The notes under the pieces: model-generated
What the model saw: the letters and a program-made list of their open reading frames with translations, nothing else
Database searches by the model: none
Told to the model about the DNA's origin: nothing
Shown: one piece after another, positions 47,578-59,659 of the stretch
How the letters are laid out: each line of letters starts with the position of its first letter
How positions within the stretch are numbered: position 1 is the first letter of the stretch
Origin: Mobula hypostoma
Lineage: Eukaryota
Direction of reading: 5' to 3'
DNA: 64,000 bases
Assembly: GCF_963921235.1 (NCBI RefSeq)
Contig: NC_086126.1
Span: 16,120,001 to 16,184,000 of the forward strand
Position numbers and translations under genes: made by a program

Positions 47578-48929
47578 CTGGAAGGGAGACAGGGAACAGC
47601 AAGTCGAGAAAATACTGAGCAGAAGACAATGCAGCAATTTGTAATATCCTGTAATATTGTTGCATTTAGCGGTGGGAGGGTCTGGAGAGGGCGCAGAGCT
47701 GCCGGAGACAGAGAAGGAGTTTACACAGTAAAATAAATTCTTTGTGATCTGAACACGGATTCCTTACTGATGACCGAAATGTACAGTGTCAACGGAAAGT
47801 TAAAGCTGGGTAACTACCTCCTCAGAGTAAATACTGGAAGGGACATTTTCTACCGGCGCCTTCCGGGTCTCGTCAGGGTGAAATGAATAAATCCGGACGC
47901 TTATGGCGGGATTCTTCCATTAGACAATCATCAACTTCCATGGCGATTCCCGTCAGCGACAGAACAGCCGAAGGACGGAACAAAAACATGAAATGCAGGA
48001 AACGCTCATCCAGGGAAAACAGAATATGTGGAAAATCAGTTAAAGTAGCTTTCCTCAGAACTGTTCTCAGAGAGACCCCTGACACGAGGGTTAACTGGTT
48101 TCTCTTTCCATACAAGCTGCTTGGGGCTTAGTGTTACCAGCATTCCCTGAGTTTGTTTCCTATTCCAGCATTTACCACCTCACTGACTTTACAACAGAAC
48201 ATTGACTGATTCCAACAGATACAGCGCGGTCTGACACAACCTCACAGACAGACATGACGCCTCCCGCTGAATCCATCACAGGGAAACAGCGGAGCGGAAT
48301 TGAAACTCGGTGCCTTAGTCAGAAGTCTGTAACGGTGTGAGGTGCAGATGTAATATAAAACATTTCACAGTATTGACAAATATGAAGCACCACGTCGGTT
48401 GTGTTAATTGACTCAGCATCGACTTCATTGTGTCTTCTATCAACTGCTTTATATTCAGTGATATCGCAGACATTTACTAAAAATCCACATCAGTTTCGTG
48501 TTACAACACGGAACTCCTCACATTTGCTGAAGTGTTACTACAGTCGATGGCTTGATTGTTGCTCCTAAGTGGACAAACACATTCAAATAATCAATTTACA
48601 TAAGTTCCGCGGGGTGTATAAACACAATATTTGTAAATATAGTGCAGCTGCTACAAGACCAAAAGCAGAGAGCCGAACATCCCATAATTAATCACAAACC
48701 GCTGGAAGAACGCTGCCTGACCCGCCCAGTCCCACAGAAATTGGTCGATTCGCCGAATTCCTGCAGCGGTTTGTTTTTAGATAGTAATCCCAGCAACTAT
48801 CGTCCCGGTGTTTCCACTCCACTCCTGAAATGCGGAATACGGGGACTGGAAAGATACAGTTTAAACCGGCGCAGTATCAATCACACCAAACTTCAACATC
48901 CACCCAGGGCAGCTGACACTGCGGCTCAC

Positions 48930-48999
48930 CGGGAATTCCAAAGGCTGAAATGAAAGGATAGTAAACGTCTTCTATGCGCCGGATGACTGGATACACCAT
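48930..48999 (-). CDS. GPR139-like GPCR paralog B, coding exon 1 (MVYPVIRRIEDVYYPFISAFGIP+G)
   Basis: 70 nt ending CCC G|GTGAGC; splices in frame to 47577. Not in the ORF track. Confidence 0.9.
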
Positions 49000-49078
49000 T
49001 TCAGTGTGAACCTGTGATTTATTTTGCCCTCGCATTCACAGCTCCGGCAGACAGCTGATGCATTCCAAGTGGCCCTGA

Positions 49079-49084
49079 TTTATA
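49079..49084 (-). promoter_or_regulatory. TATA box (TATAAA) of GPCR B
   Basis: About 80 bp upstream of the ATG; aligns with 3217-3222. Confidence 0.55.
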
Positions 49085-49424
49085 CAGAAGTTCTGTCTCC
49101 AGAGATACGGTTATACACCTCAGTACCTTTCTTAGTTACAGTTGCTTAAACCAACACCTTAATTCAGTAACAATGTCTCTATTGTAAATATTGGGGCGAT
49201 TGGACACAAAAACATCAACAGTCTTTGGCATTACCTCAGCAGTGTCTCTGGTGGAAATAGGCCGGTAGATTTACTTTCAAAGACTCAGCTTTGTTACGAA
49301 GCAGCTACGCTTACAGATTTCATCCTTTTGTTGGTTAATTATTCATCTCTGAACGGAGACCAGCGACACTGACCGATCCCTACCCCTGCCCCTGCAGTTT
49401 CCCATTTTGAACTGTCCTTCAGTC

Positions 49425-50010
49425 NNNNNNNNNNNNNNNNNNNNNNNNNNNNNNNNNNNNNNNNNNNNNNNNNNNNNNNNNNNNNNNNNNNNNNNNNNNN
49501 NNNNNNNNNNNNNNNNNNNNNNNNNNNNNNNNNNNNNNNNNNNNNNNNNNNNNNNNNNNNNNNNNNNNNNNNNNNNNNNNNNNNNNNNNNNNNNNNNNNN
49601 NNNNNNNNNNNNNNNNNNNNNNNNNNNNNNNNNNNNNNNNNNNNNNNNNNNNNNNNNNNNNNNNNNNNNNNNNNNNNNNNNNNNNNNNNNNNNNNNNNNN
49701 NNNNNNNNNNNNNNNNNNNNNNNNNNNNNNNNNNNNNNNNNNNNNNNNNNNNNNNNNNNNNNNNNNNNNNNNNNNNNNNNNNNNNNNNNNNNNNNNNNNN
49801 NNNNNNNNNNNNNNNNNNNNNNNNNNNNNNNNNNNNNNNNNNNNNNNNNNNNNNNNNNNNNNNNNNNNNNNNNNNNNNNNNNNNNNNNNNNNNNNNNNNN
49901 NNNNNNNNNNNNNNNNNNNNNNNNNNNNNNNNNNNNNNNNNNNNNNNNNNNNNNNNNNNNNNNNNNNNNNNNNNNNNNNNNNNNNNNNNNNNNNNNNNNN
50001 NNNNNNNNNN
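49425..50010. other. Assembly gap
   Basis: Run of N. Confidence 1.
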
Positions 50011-50521
50011 TTATAGTGACTGTCCTGCTGTGCATACTATTTATTATAAGTTACTACAAATTGCACATTACACACTTAGACAGAGACAAAACGTAAAGAT
50101 TTTTACTTCTCATGTATATGAAGGATGTAAGAAATGAAATCAGTAGAATTAAAATACACAAACACAAATTCGAACAAAGATGCAATAGTGAGACCGAGAT
50201 CAGGATGGAAACGGAAAAATATGCATGTTGCTGATGTACAAATACGAGAAAATTTGAAAATGTTGGAAATCCAAGACAGCACAAGGAACTCTGCTCAGAT
50301 CCTCCAGCATTTTGTGTGTCATGTTGCTGATGTAACAGTCTATAATGGGTATCTCAGATCTGTCAAAGGACAAAATAAGTCGATATTAAATAGTTCAATC
50401 TGCAAAGGAATGAGTAGACTGTTAAATACTACAAAAACACTGGAAATTGGCAGATGAATAGGAATATGGCGGCTGGAAAAGACCGAGAGAAAGACGACCG
50501 TGAGGTACATTGTTAGAAGTA

Positions 50522-50525
<4 letters not shown>

Positions 50526-50568
<43 letters not shown>
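50526..50568. repeat. (GA)n microsatellite
   Basis: Direct inspection. Confidence 0.95.
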
Positions 50569-50571
<3 letters not shown>

Positions 50572-50689
50572 GTGAAGAATTTTGTCAAGAATAAAAAGGA
50601 AAAGTAAAGTACGTCAAGTTTTGGAAGTTGGATCAAGTGGAGTAGTTGAATATTATACAGAATCAAGAAAAGAACTAAAAATGGAATTT

Positions 50690-52430
50690 ACAAAAGCCAA
50701 GACGGGCAAAAGTCCTTGGCAAGTAGAATTAAGGTGAATCCCAAGGCACAAAGAATTAAGGTGAATCCCAAGACACTCTACACATATATCAAGGCAAGAA
50801 AATAACTGAGGAGAGGATAGGACCCATCAAGGATAAAGAGGGGAACTTTTGCTTGGATCCAGAGAAATACATATTAAGTAATTTGCTTCAATATTTACCA
50901 GAGGAAAAATATGTGGACAAGTCGACAGTGCTGCATGTATAAATATGTTAGGGAGTCAAGGAGGAGGAAGTATTGGGTCTCCTAATGAGTATTAAGGTTA
51001 ATAACATCCTGGGGCCTGAGACTGTTTTGCCCTTGACTGGCAGCATCATATCCTTCCTAGGCACAGACGAGTACCCAGAGGACGGGTCAGTGGCGAATGT
51101 TAAACCTGCATGTAAGAAGGGAACAGGAAAACATCCAGAGAACTGTTGACCGGTAGGTCCTACGTCCTTTGTGCAAATATTGCCGGGGAAACTTCTTCGA
51201 GATTGGATATATGAGCTTTTGGAATCCAGGGCCTAATTAGGGAGAGCCATCATTTCTTCATTTGCGGCAGGTCCTATATTCACAACCTGATTGAGTTCCT
51301 GACAAAGTGACGAAAAACATAGATGAAGATAGAGTTCATGATGTCGTCCACATAGATTTTACTAAAGCATTTAACAAAGTCCCTCTTAATTAAAGAAAGT
51401 GTTTGAAGAGACTTCTTCGAGCTGGAGGTCAGTAATGCGGGGCGATCTGCCGGGATCTGTGCTGGGACTTCTGCTATTTGTGAAATATTAAAATGACCGG
51501 GATGAAAGTGTAGATGGGTGGTATAATACGTTTTTGAATGATTCCAAGAGTGGTGCAGTTGTGGATAGTGAAGAAGACTGGAAAAGAACACAGCGCAATG
51601 TAGATCATTCTCAGATAGGGACAGTGAAATGGCAGATGGAGCTGAACACTGATAAATGTGAAATGTTACACCTTGGTAGACCAAAAGCAAGTAGTAAAGG
51701 GTTAAGGGGAAGACCATCAACAGTGTTGCTGAACAGAGAGGTTTGAGGTCCAAGTTTACAGCTCCTTGAAAGTGACTACTTAGGTCAATCTGCAGTTAAG
51801 ATGCTTATCAAATGCTTGCTCATATTAGCTGAGTTATTGAGCTCAAAGTTCAAATGATAATGTTGCAGCTTTGAAAAGCCTCTGGTTGGGTCACATCTCC
51901 AGTACTGCATATAGTTCTGGTTGACCCAGTATAAGAAGGATTTCGAGGCATTGGAGTAGGAGCAGAAGAAGTTTACCAGGATGTTTTCTGTTTGAAATGG
52001 CGTGTACTAACATAACTGTCCTGACAAACTTGGGCTGTTTTCTTTGAAGTATCAGAGGTTGAGGGGAGATCGGATAGAGGTTTATAACAACATGCGAGGC
52101 GCAGATAGAGTAGATATGGAGTGTCTTTATCACATGTTAGGAATATCCAATACATTGAAGGTGAGGAGGTTAGTTTGAAAGGAGATGTAAGTGGTATGTT
52201 TTTTTACTCAGAGTGCTGGACTGGTGGAGATATATACATTAGAGATTTTTACAGAACGTTTAAGTAGGTACATGAACATGAGGAGGATAGATGGAGATGG
52301 ACTTTGTGTTGGACGGAAGAATTAGCTTTGGGGGCAGCGGGGTTACTTATTTACTTTTCAGATTGTTTGGCACGATATTATGGCCAAACGGTCTGTTGTT
52401 GTGCTGTACCATTCAATGATTTGTTCCATA
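50690..52430 (+). mobile_element. Degenerate CR1 (linker to 3' end)
   Basis: KWQMELNTDKCEMLHLG, DFTKAFNKV and EYCI.FW remnants; internal 27-bp tandem duplication agaattaaggtgaatcccaag at about 50725-50780. Confidence 0.8.
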
Positions 52431-52634
52431 TGCTGGGAACCAGTATGACAGAGCTGAACGTAACCCAACAGTTTTACAAGTAGACGATGGGTGCAACATG
52501 AATGTAAGGAAGAACAAGCCAATGATGGGTCCAAATTCAAACAGAGAAAAGAGTCAAATTATACCACAGAGGCAACGTTTGAAAAGACAAAGAATACATG
52601 ATTGAAGGACTGCATGTCGTCTACTGAATGCCTA

Positions 52635-52960
52635 ATCTGTGGCATTGAACTCTGGCGACCTAGGAAAACCAGGTATGATTTGCGGAGGGCTATTTCAAGG
52701 GCAAAGAGGCAAATTCGAATGAGGTTCGAGCTGAGATCGGATGTTCGACAACGCAGGCAGGGTTTGCAAGACATTACATCCTACAAGGCGGTACCCAATA
52801 GCATGAATGGCAGTGATGTTTCACCACCAGACAAACTCAACGACTTCTATGCCTGCTTTGAAAGGGAGAAGTTCCCTGCTGCATCTAATGACCCAGTGAT
52901 CTCTGTCTCAGAGAACGATGTTAGGCTGTGTTTAAAGAGAGTGAACCCTCGCAAGGCAGA
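52635..52960 (+). mobile_element. Rex1/Babar-like LINE fragment
   Basis: RYDLRRAISRAKRQ...GLQDITSYK...LNDFYACFE...VNPRKA. Confidence 0.75.
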
Positions 52961-53799
52961 GCTTTACAAATGGGGGTGTGGGTGACCTTTTAGAATAGTG
53001 GTAAGGAGGAATTAATTTAGCCAATGAGTTGTGAGTCTGTTGAATTTTCTACGACAGTCTGGGATGAAGGATAAGTCCTTGGAATATTTAAGGAGAATGT
53101 TAGTGATCGGTCAGGACTTCAAAGGGTATGGTCAGAATGCAGGTGTATGGGGTGAGTGGATTCCGGGATCCGCTATGATGCACTGGCAGATCAGACATGA
53201 TTCTGCTTTTGCAGAAAAAGGGGATGAAAGGAGATTTGACAGGGGTGTACAAGAGAGAAAAAAAGGATAGATAGTGTGGGCATCCTGTGTCTCTTCACCG
53301 GACTGGCAATGGCTAACACGAGAGGATATACCTTTTAGGTAGCCGTAGGAAATTACAAGAGGATGGGTGCCAAAGTCAGTTTTAGTTTACACACAGAGAA
53401 TGTTGAGTGTTTGGAACTCCCTGCCACGGTGGTGCTGTAAGGAAAGAGTTGACTGTGATTCCTCCTTGGCTTATGCTGAAATAAAACGGTTGTCTGTAAC
53501 AAAACAGTGTCAGCTTAGAGTGGCATTGTTTTGAGGAAGTACAAGACAACCAGTCTACAGCAATATTTTCAGAGAGTCGAGTGCAGCCATAATAGTTTAC
53601 GTGGTGAAAAACATTTTTGTCTGGGCTGAAGGTCATCAAAGTTCGGGTGGGTGCAGCAAGATTTAAATATACCAGAGTAAGTTGTTTTAAAGGGGATAAA
53701 ATTGAACATGTTCTTTGATGCAAGGTGGAAAGAGAGTTGTCTAAGGGTAGACCACAGCTGGAGCTGTAATAGGGAACCGAACGTTGAGAGGGAAAGAAA

Positions 53800-54005
53800 A
53801 AGACAGCATGAGAGAGAGAGAGAGATAGACAGAGTGACAGGATGAGGCAGAGAAAGGGAGAGATAGAGAGCCAAAGACAGAAAGCAAGATAGGAAGAGCA
53901 AGAAAGGGAGAAATGAGAGAGTGCAAGAGAGACAGTGAGAGACAGATAGGGAAAGACAGAGACAGAGGGATACAGATAGAGAGATAGAAAAAGAGAGTGA
54001 GAGAA
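53800..54005. repeat. GA-rich low-complexity tract
   Basis: Direct inspection. Confidence 0.8.
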
Positions 54006-54369
54006 CTGGCGGCGTGACATTGTCAGATCCCTGACTCCTCCAATATTGCAGAAATTGGCTTGTTTAGTGGATGATCAGTATTATTTTGAGGACTGTATTG
54101 CTGCTACTGTAGACATTAGTTTGCCTTTCGGTATTGAAATCGTAGGAGTTGGCATAAAGTACTTTGCTTTAATACGAGTGCAGTAATTCCTTTGTAAGAA
54201 AATGCATATATGAATGCCGTGAGCTGAATTGAAAAAAAGAACACAGAATGACAGTTAAAACCATTTTCATTTCAAGAGGCTTTCAGATAAGCTCAAGAAT
54301 ATACGGAGTTGGAATCACATGCAGCAAAGACTTTAGCGGGGGTGGAGTGGGGGACACAGATAAGAGTAT

Positions 54370-57140
54370 CTGTGGAAATGAGTGAGATTGCAGGATGATG
54401 TGATACCTCCATCATGCCAGGGCAGCGTCAGCAGCCAGAGATCGTTGTCTTTATTAGAACTTAGAATAGAGAGAAGGTCCTGCAAATAGAATTTAGGTAG
54501 TTGGGTCGAAAGTTAAGAAGTAGGTACTCTTGGGTGGTGATCTCAGGATTAATTCAGGTCCCACATTCTTGCGAGGTAAGAGTTGTTAAGGTGGTAAGCT
54601 GCCTTATGATGTTGGAGGTCCTGGAGTCGTCAGTGTCACCGGTTACTTCACATGAGGGAAGTTCACCAGCTGCAGTTCCTGACTGACAATGTGATGGAAA
54701 TTGAGATGGTGATCGACAGACCAAGGATCGTCTAGGACATTGACACCAGATCATTAGTGTGGTCAGACAGAAGTTGCAGGATCCACAAAGCTTAGTTTCC
54801 ATGCCTCACAAATAGAGAAAGGTTGTTGACAGTGCAAGGGAGAGTGCAGGCAAGTGATAGAGAAGGGACGCGCTCAGACCGAAGGTTTGAGATGTGTCTA
54901 TTTTAACACAAGGAGTGTTCTGAACAAAGCAGATGAGCTTTGCTGGGTGTTAGGTGTTTCAGAAAGAACAAAGAGGGAGGCAAAAAAGGTGGGACGTGGA
55001 ACTGTTGATCACAGATAGTGTCACTGCTACAAAAAAGATAGACGCCATGGAGGGATTGTCTATGGAGTCTCTGTGGTTGGAAGTTAAGAACACAAAGGGG
55101 TCAATAATTTCACTGGTGTTTATCATAGGCCGCCCAATAGTAACAGGGCTATCGAGGAGCAGATAGGGAAACAGATCCTAGAAAGGTGTAATAATAACAG
55201 AGTTGGCGTGATGGGAGATTTTAATTTCCCAAATATCGATTGGCATCTCCCGAGAGCGAGGAATTTAGATGGGGTGGAGTTTTTTTTTAGGTGTGTTCAG
55301 GAAGGCTTCTTGACACAATACGTAGATAAGCTTACAACAGGAAAGATTGTACTTGATTTGGTATTGGGAAATGAATCTGGTCAGGTGTGTCAGTTCTCAG
55401 TGGGAGAGCATTTTGAAAATAGTGATCATAATTCTGTCTCCTTTACAATAGCATTGGAGAGAGATAGGAGCAGACCAGTTAGAAAAGCATTTAATTGGAA
55501 TAAGGGAAATTATGAGGTTTAAATTGGAAACAGGGAAAAGTACGGAAGAAATGTGACAAATATTCAGGGGATATTTGTGTGGAGTTGTGTATAGGGACGT
55601 TCCAATGAGACAAGGATGTTATGGTAGGGTATAGGAACCGTGGTGTACAAAAGCTGTAATAAATCTTGTCAAGAAGAAAACGAATGCCTACAAAAGGTTC
55701 AGGGATCTAGGTAATGTTAGAGATCTATAACATAATAAGACTGATAGGAAGGAACATAAGAAGGATATTAGGAGAGCCAGAAGGGGCCATGAAAAGACCT
55801 TGGCGGGCAAGATTAAGGAAACCCCAAAGCATTCTACAAATATGTGAACAGCAAGAGGGTAAGACATGAAAAGATAGGACCTATCAAGTGTGACAGTGGA
55901 AAAGTGTGTATGGAACGGGAGGAAATAGCAGAGGTACTTCATGAGTACTTTACTTCAGTATTCACTACGGAAAAGGATCTTGATGATTGCAGTGATGACT
56001 TTCAGCAGATTGAAAAGCTTGAGCATGTAGATATTAAGAAAGAGGATGTGCTGGAGCCTTTGCAAAGCATCATTGGATAAGTCGCCGGGACTGTAGGAGA
56101 TGTACCCCAGGCTACTGTGTGAAGCGACGGAAGAGATTGCTGAGCCTCTAGCGATGATCTTTGCATCATCAATAGGGACGGTAGAGTTTCCGAAGGATTG
56201 GAGGGTTGCGGATGTTGTTCCTTTATTCAAGAAAGGGAGTAGAGATAGCCCAGGAAATTATAGACCAGTAAGTCTCACCTCACTCGTTGGTACGTTGATG
56301 GGGGAGAACGTGAGGGACAGGATTTATGAACATTTGGAGAGTTATAATATGTGTACGGGGTCTTTCTTTTTGTTAAATTTTAAATGCCGTCTTCGTTATG
56401 TTAATCTGGGGAATGCGGCTTTGTTGTGCTTTAACTCTGAAGCGAGTTTGCACTAGCAGTTTGTTTTACTTTAAAGTAGATAACCGCCTTCTATTAGCCA
56501 ATGGGTGGTTATGTATCCTTTTGTTTTCGGATACCATGCTGTATGATATGTCTGTGGACTGAGTTTTGGCTGGGAGTCGGAGGAGAGACGAGGAGGACCG
56601 CGGACGGTCGGAGAGGCTCCGGTCGATCACTCCGGGTGGTCCCGAACCGTGAGTCGACAAGATCCGGGTGGACGTCTGAAGTCGAATTGAGCTCCAACTG
56701 TAGCGCGAGAAGAACTTGGACTTTGATAAGTGTGGCGCCTTTTTTTTTTCATTACTTTCCTTTCTGTATCAACTGCATGTTAATGTCATAGAATTAGTAA
56801 TATCTATAAAGTGTATTTGTTAAAATTTACTAGGTGTGCTGGCTGATGATTGATGTTTGTGGTTGATTCGGGCTGCGACTGACCCTGTGGGAAGTGTTGA
56901 GGCGGGTGCTGGGCGGGATTTTCCCAAGACATACACGAGCCAATATAACGGAACGTTACATATGATTAGAAGTAGTCAGCATGGCTTTGTCAAAGGCAGG
57001 TCGTGCCTTACGAGCGTGATTGGATTTTATGAGGATGTGGCTAAACACATTGATGAAGGAAGAGCAGTAAGTGTCGTGTATATGGATTTCAGCAAGGCAT
57101 TTGATAAGGTACCCCTTGCAAGTCTTACTGAGAAAGTAGA
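54370..57140 (+). mobile_element. Degenerate CR1 (ORF1 remnant, endonuclease, RT N-half) interrupted by a solo LTR
   Basis: MGDFNFPNIDW, LDLVLGNE, SDHNSV, NYRPVSLTSLVG, SQHGFVKGRSCLT, YMDFSKAFDKVP. Confidence 0.88.
56352..56960. mobile_element. Solo LTR (609 bp) with 4-bp TSD
   Basis: TGTACG...CGTTACA termini; TATG duplicated at 56348-56351 and 56961-56964. Removing it restores the CR1 frame ESYNMIRSSQHG. Confidence 0.88.
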
Positions 57141-57144
57141 CAGG

Positions 57145-58210
57145 TCACAATAGCCACTGCTCTGCAACCCGTCCTTGTACATCTGAAGAAGAAGGATGCA
57201 TGCGTGGGAGTTCTGTTCTTGAATTGTGTTCGGCATTCAAGACCATTATTCTATCCCAGCTCGACAAGAATCACAGTGACCCCAGCTTTGACCCTGCCTT
57301 GTGCAGCTGGATCCTGGACATCCCGTCAGATCAGCAGAAGGTGGTTAGATTGGGCTCGCTCACCTTCATCCTTCTGACTTTCAATACAGGATCCCCTCAG
57401 GCCTGTGTTCTTAGTCCCCTCCTTTACTCCCTGTATACCCATGACTGTGTCGTCACCCACAGCTCCAATCTGCTAATTAAATTTGCCGACGACACTACAT
57501 TAAGCATTATCTTCAACAATAACGAGGTGGCCTACAGGGATAGTCACCACGCTGACCCAGTGGTGTCAAGAAAACACCCTCTCCTTCAATGACGCAAACA
57601 CAAAGGAGCTGGTTGTGGATTACAGGAGGAATGGAGATGGACTAGCCCCTATTGACAACAATGGATCTGGGTTTGAGAGCCTAAATAGTTTAAGTTCCTC
57701 AGCATTCAATTCACCGGGGACCTCACGTGGTCTGTACACATCAGCTGTATAGTGAGAAGGTATTACAGTACCGGTTTCACCTCAGACAGTTGAGGCGGTT
57801 TGGTATAGGTTCCCAAATCCTAAGAACTTTCTACAGGAGCTCAATTGAGAGCATCCTGACTGGCTGCATCACTGCCTGGTATAGGAACTGTACCTCCCCG
57901 AATCGCAGGACTCTGCACAGAGGGGTGCAGATGGTCAGGGCATACGTAGTTTTGAAGTTCCCATGATTCAGGACATTTACAAGGACAGGTGTGTAAAAAG
58001 GCCACGTAGGACCATTGGGACCCGAATCATCCCATGCACAATCTATTCCAGCTGACACCAACCAGGAAATGGTACGGCAGCATAAAAGCCAGGACCAAAA
58101 GGCTACGGGATACCTTCTTCCAACAGGCCGGCAGATTGATTAATTCACCTGATTTGAGAGTCCTCCATATAACATTGACTGTTCTATTTATTATAAATTG
58201 TTATAAAGTA
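57145..58210 (+). mobile_element. Rex1/Babar-like LINE, RT to 3' end
   Basis: SAFKTII...LCSWILD...TGSPQACVLSPLLYSLYTHDC...KFADDTT; FYRSSIESILTGCITAWY. Confidence 0.85.
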
Positions 58211-58689
58211 CAATAATTGGGATTTGTTGCCACAGACAGGTGTGGAGGCCAAGCCATTCAGTACAAAAGGAAGATATATGGGTCTTTGATTTGTCAGTGC
58301 ATCAAAGGCTTGTGGAGAATAGGTAAGAGAATGGCGTTAAAAGGGATAAAAGAATCAGCCATCCTGGAATGGTGGAGCAGATAGGATTTGGCTGAATAGC
58401 CTAATTCTGACTCTATTTCTTATGGTCCAAGCACAGTCATAAATGACACATGGCTGAGGGAAGGACAAAATGGGCAGCCCAGTGTTCCGGGAAACAACGA
58501 TGCGTGGAAGAGGGGAAGGGGGTCGGGGTTACCGTCTTGAATGCAATGGACAAAATAATGATCTGTATAGAGGACATCTTTTGTACCTGAAACATCTAAC
58601 AAGGCCTTATGGATACCACTTATACATAAGGATAGGGTATCATAGAAACCCCAACAGTCATCAGAAATTGGAATCAATAAAGAAGACAA

Positions 58690-59600
58690 GACAGAGTTTA
58701 TGTTGCATTAGGAGTATGAAGGCATTTGGTTTCCGAACTGAAGCACACAAAAAAAACCTCTATAAATGTACCTTGGAGAGCATTGTGACAAAGGCTGCAT
58801 CACTGTCTGGTGGGTGTGGGAGGGGTGAGAGTGGGCTACTGCATAGGACCGAAAGAAGCTATCGGACGTTGTAAAATTAGTCAGTACCCAAGACGTCTTC
58901 AAAGAGCGATGACCCAGAAAGGTGACCTCCGTGATTAAGGACCTCCATCATCCAAGACATGTCCTCTTCTCATTGTTATGATCAGGAAGGAGGTACACAA
59001 GCCTGAAGGCGCAGACTCAATGATTGAAGAACAGCTTTCTCCCCTCTGCCATACGGTTTATAAATAGGTATTGAACCCATGAACACGACGTTACTTTTTA
59101 AATATATATTATTTCCGTATTTGCACTATTTTTCATCGGTTCAATATGCATATACACCTACCGTTATTGATTCACTTTTTTCTCCTGTCTAGATTGCCAT
59201 GTATTGAATTGAACTGCTGCTGCTATGTTAACAAACTTCGCAACACATCCCGGTCATAATAAACCTGATTCTGAATTAAGGGATTCTTGATCAGGCTGAG
59301 GAGTAGGCTGAGGAATGATCAATGGTGTTCAGTGTAGATGAGTGAGGAGTGGGAATTTGTGAAGTCATATCAGAGGAGGAGTTTGTGAACACATACCAGT
59401 CTCTCACAAACAAAGTGACTCCCCTCTATTAATTCCGTCTGCATTTCCTGCTGCCTCGGGAAAGCAGTTAGCATAATCAAAGGAACATCGCACCCCTGTC
59501 ATTCTCTCTTCCCACAACTTCCATTAGGCAGCAGACAAAGAGGAGTGAGGACGCACACCACCAGGATTAAAGACAACTTCCCACCCACAGGTAGTGTGCT
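58690..59600 (+). mobile_element. Rex1-like 3' fragments
   Basis: LYKCTLESIVT..., HPRHVLFSLL.SGRRY; tail aataaacctgattctga near 59260. Confidence 0.65.
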
Positions 59601-59659
59601 TAATAAAGTATTCATCCCCCCGCCCCCACCCCCGCCCCCCGCGGCTTGGGTTTTCACGT

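Noticed and set aside
47578-47665. ORF-track start MQQYYRILQ... as the N-terminus of GPCR B
   Set aside because: This is intron read-through. A polypyrimidine/AG acceptor lies at 47578, and a conserved exon 1 exists at 48930-48999.
49343-50096. ORFs of about 230 aa
   Set aside because: Artefacts of the assembly gap
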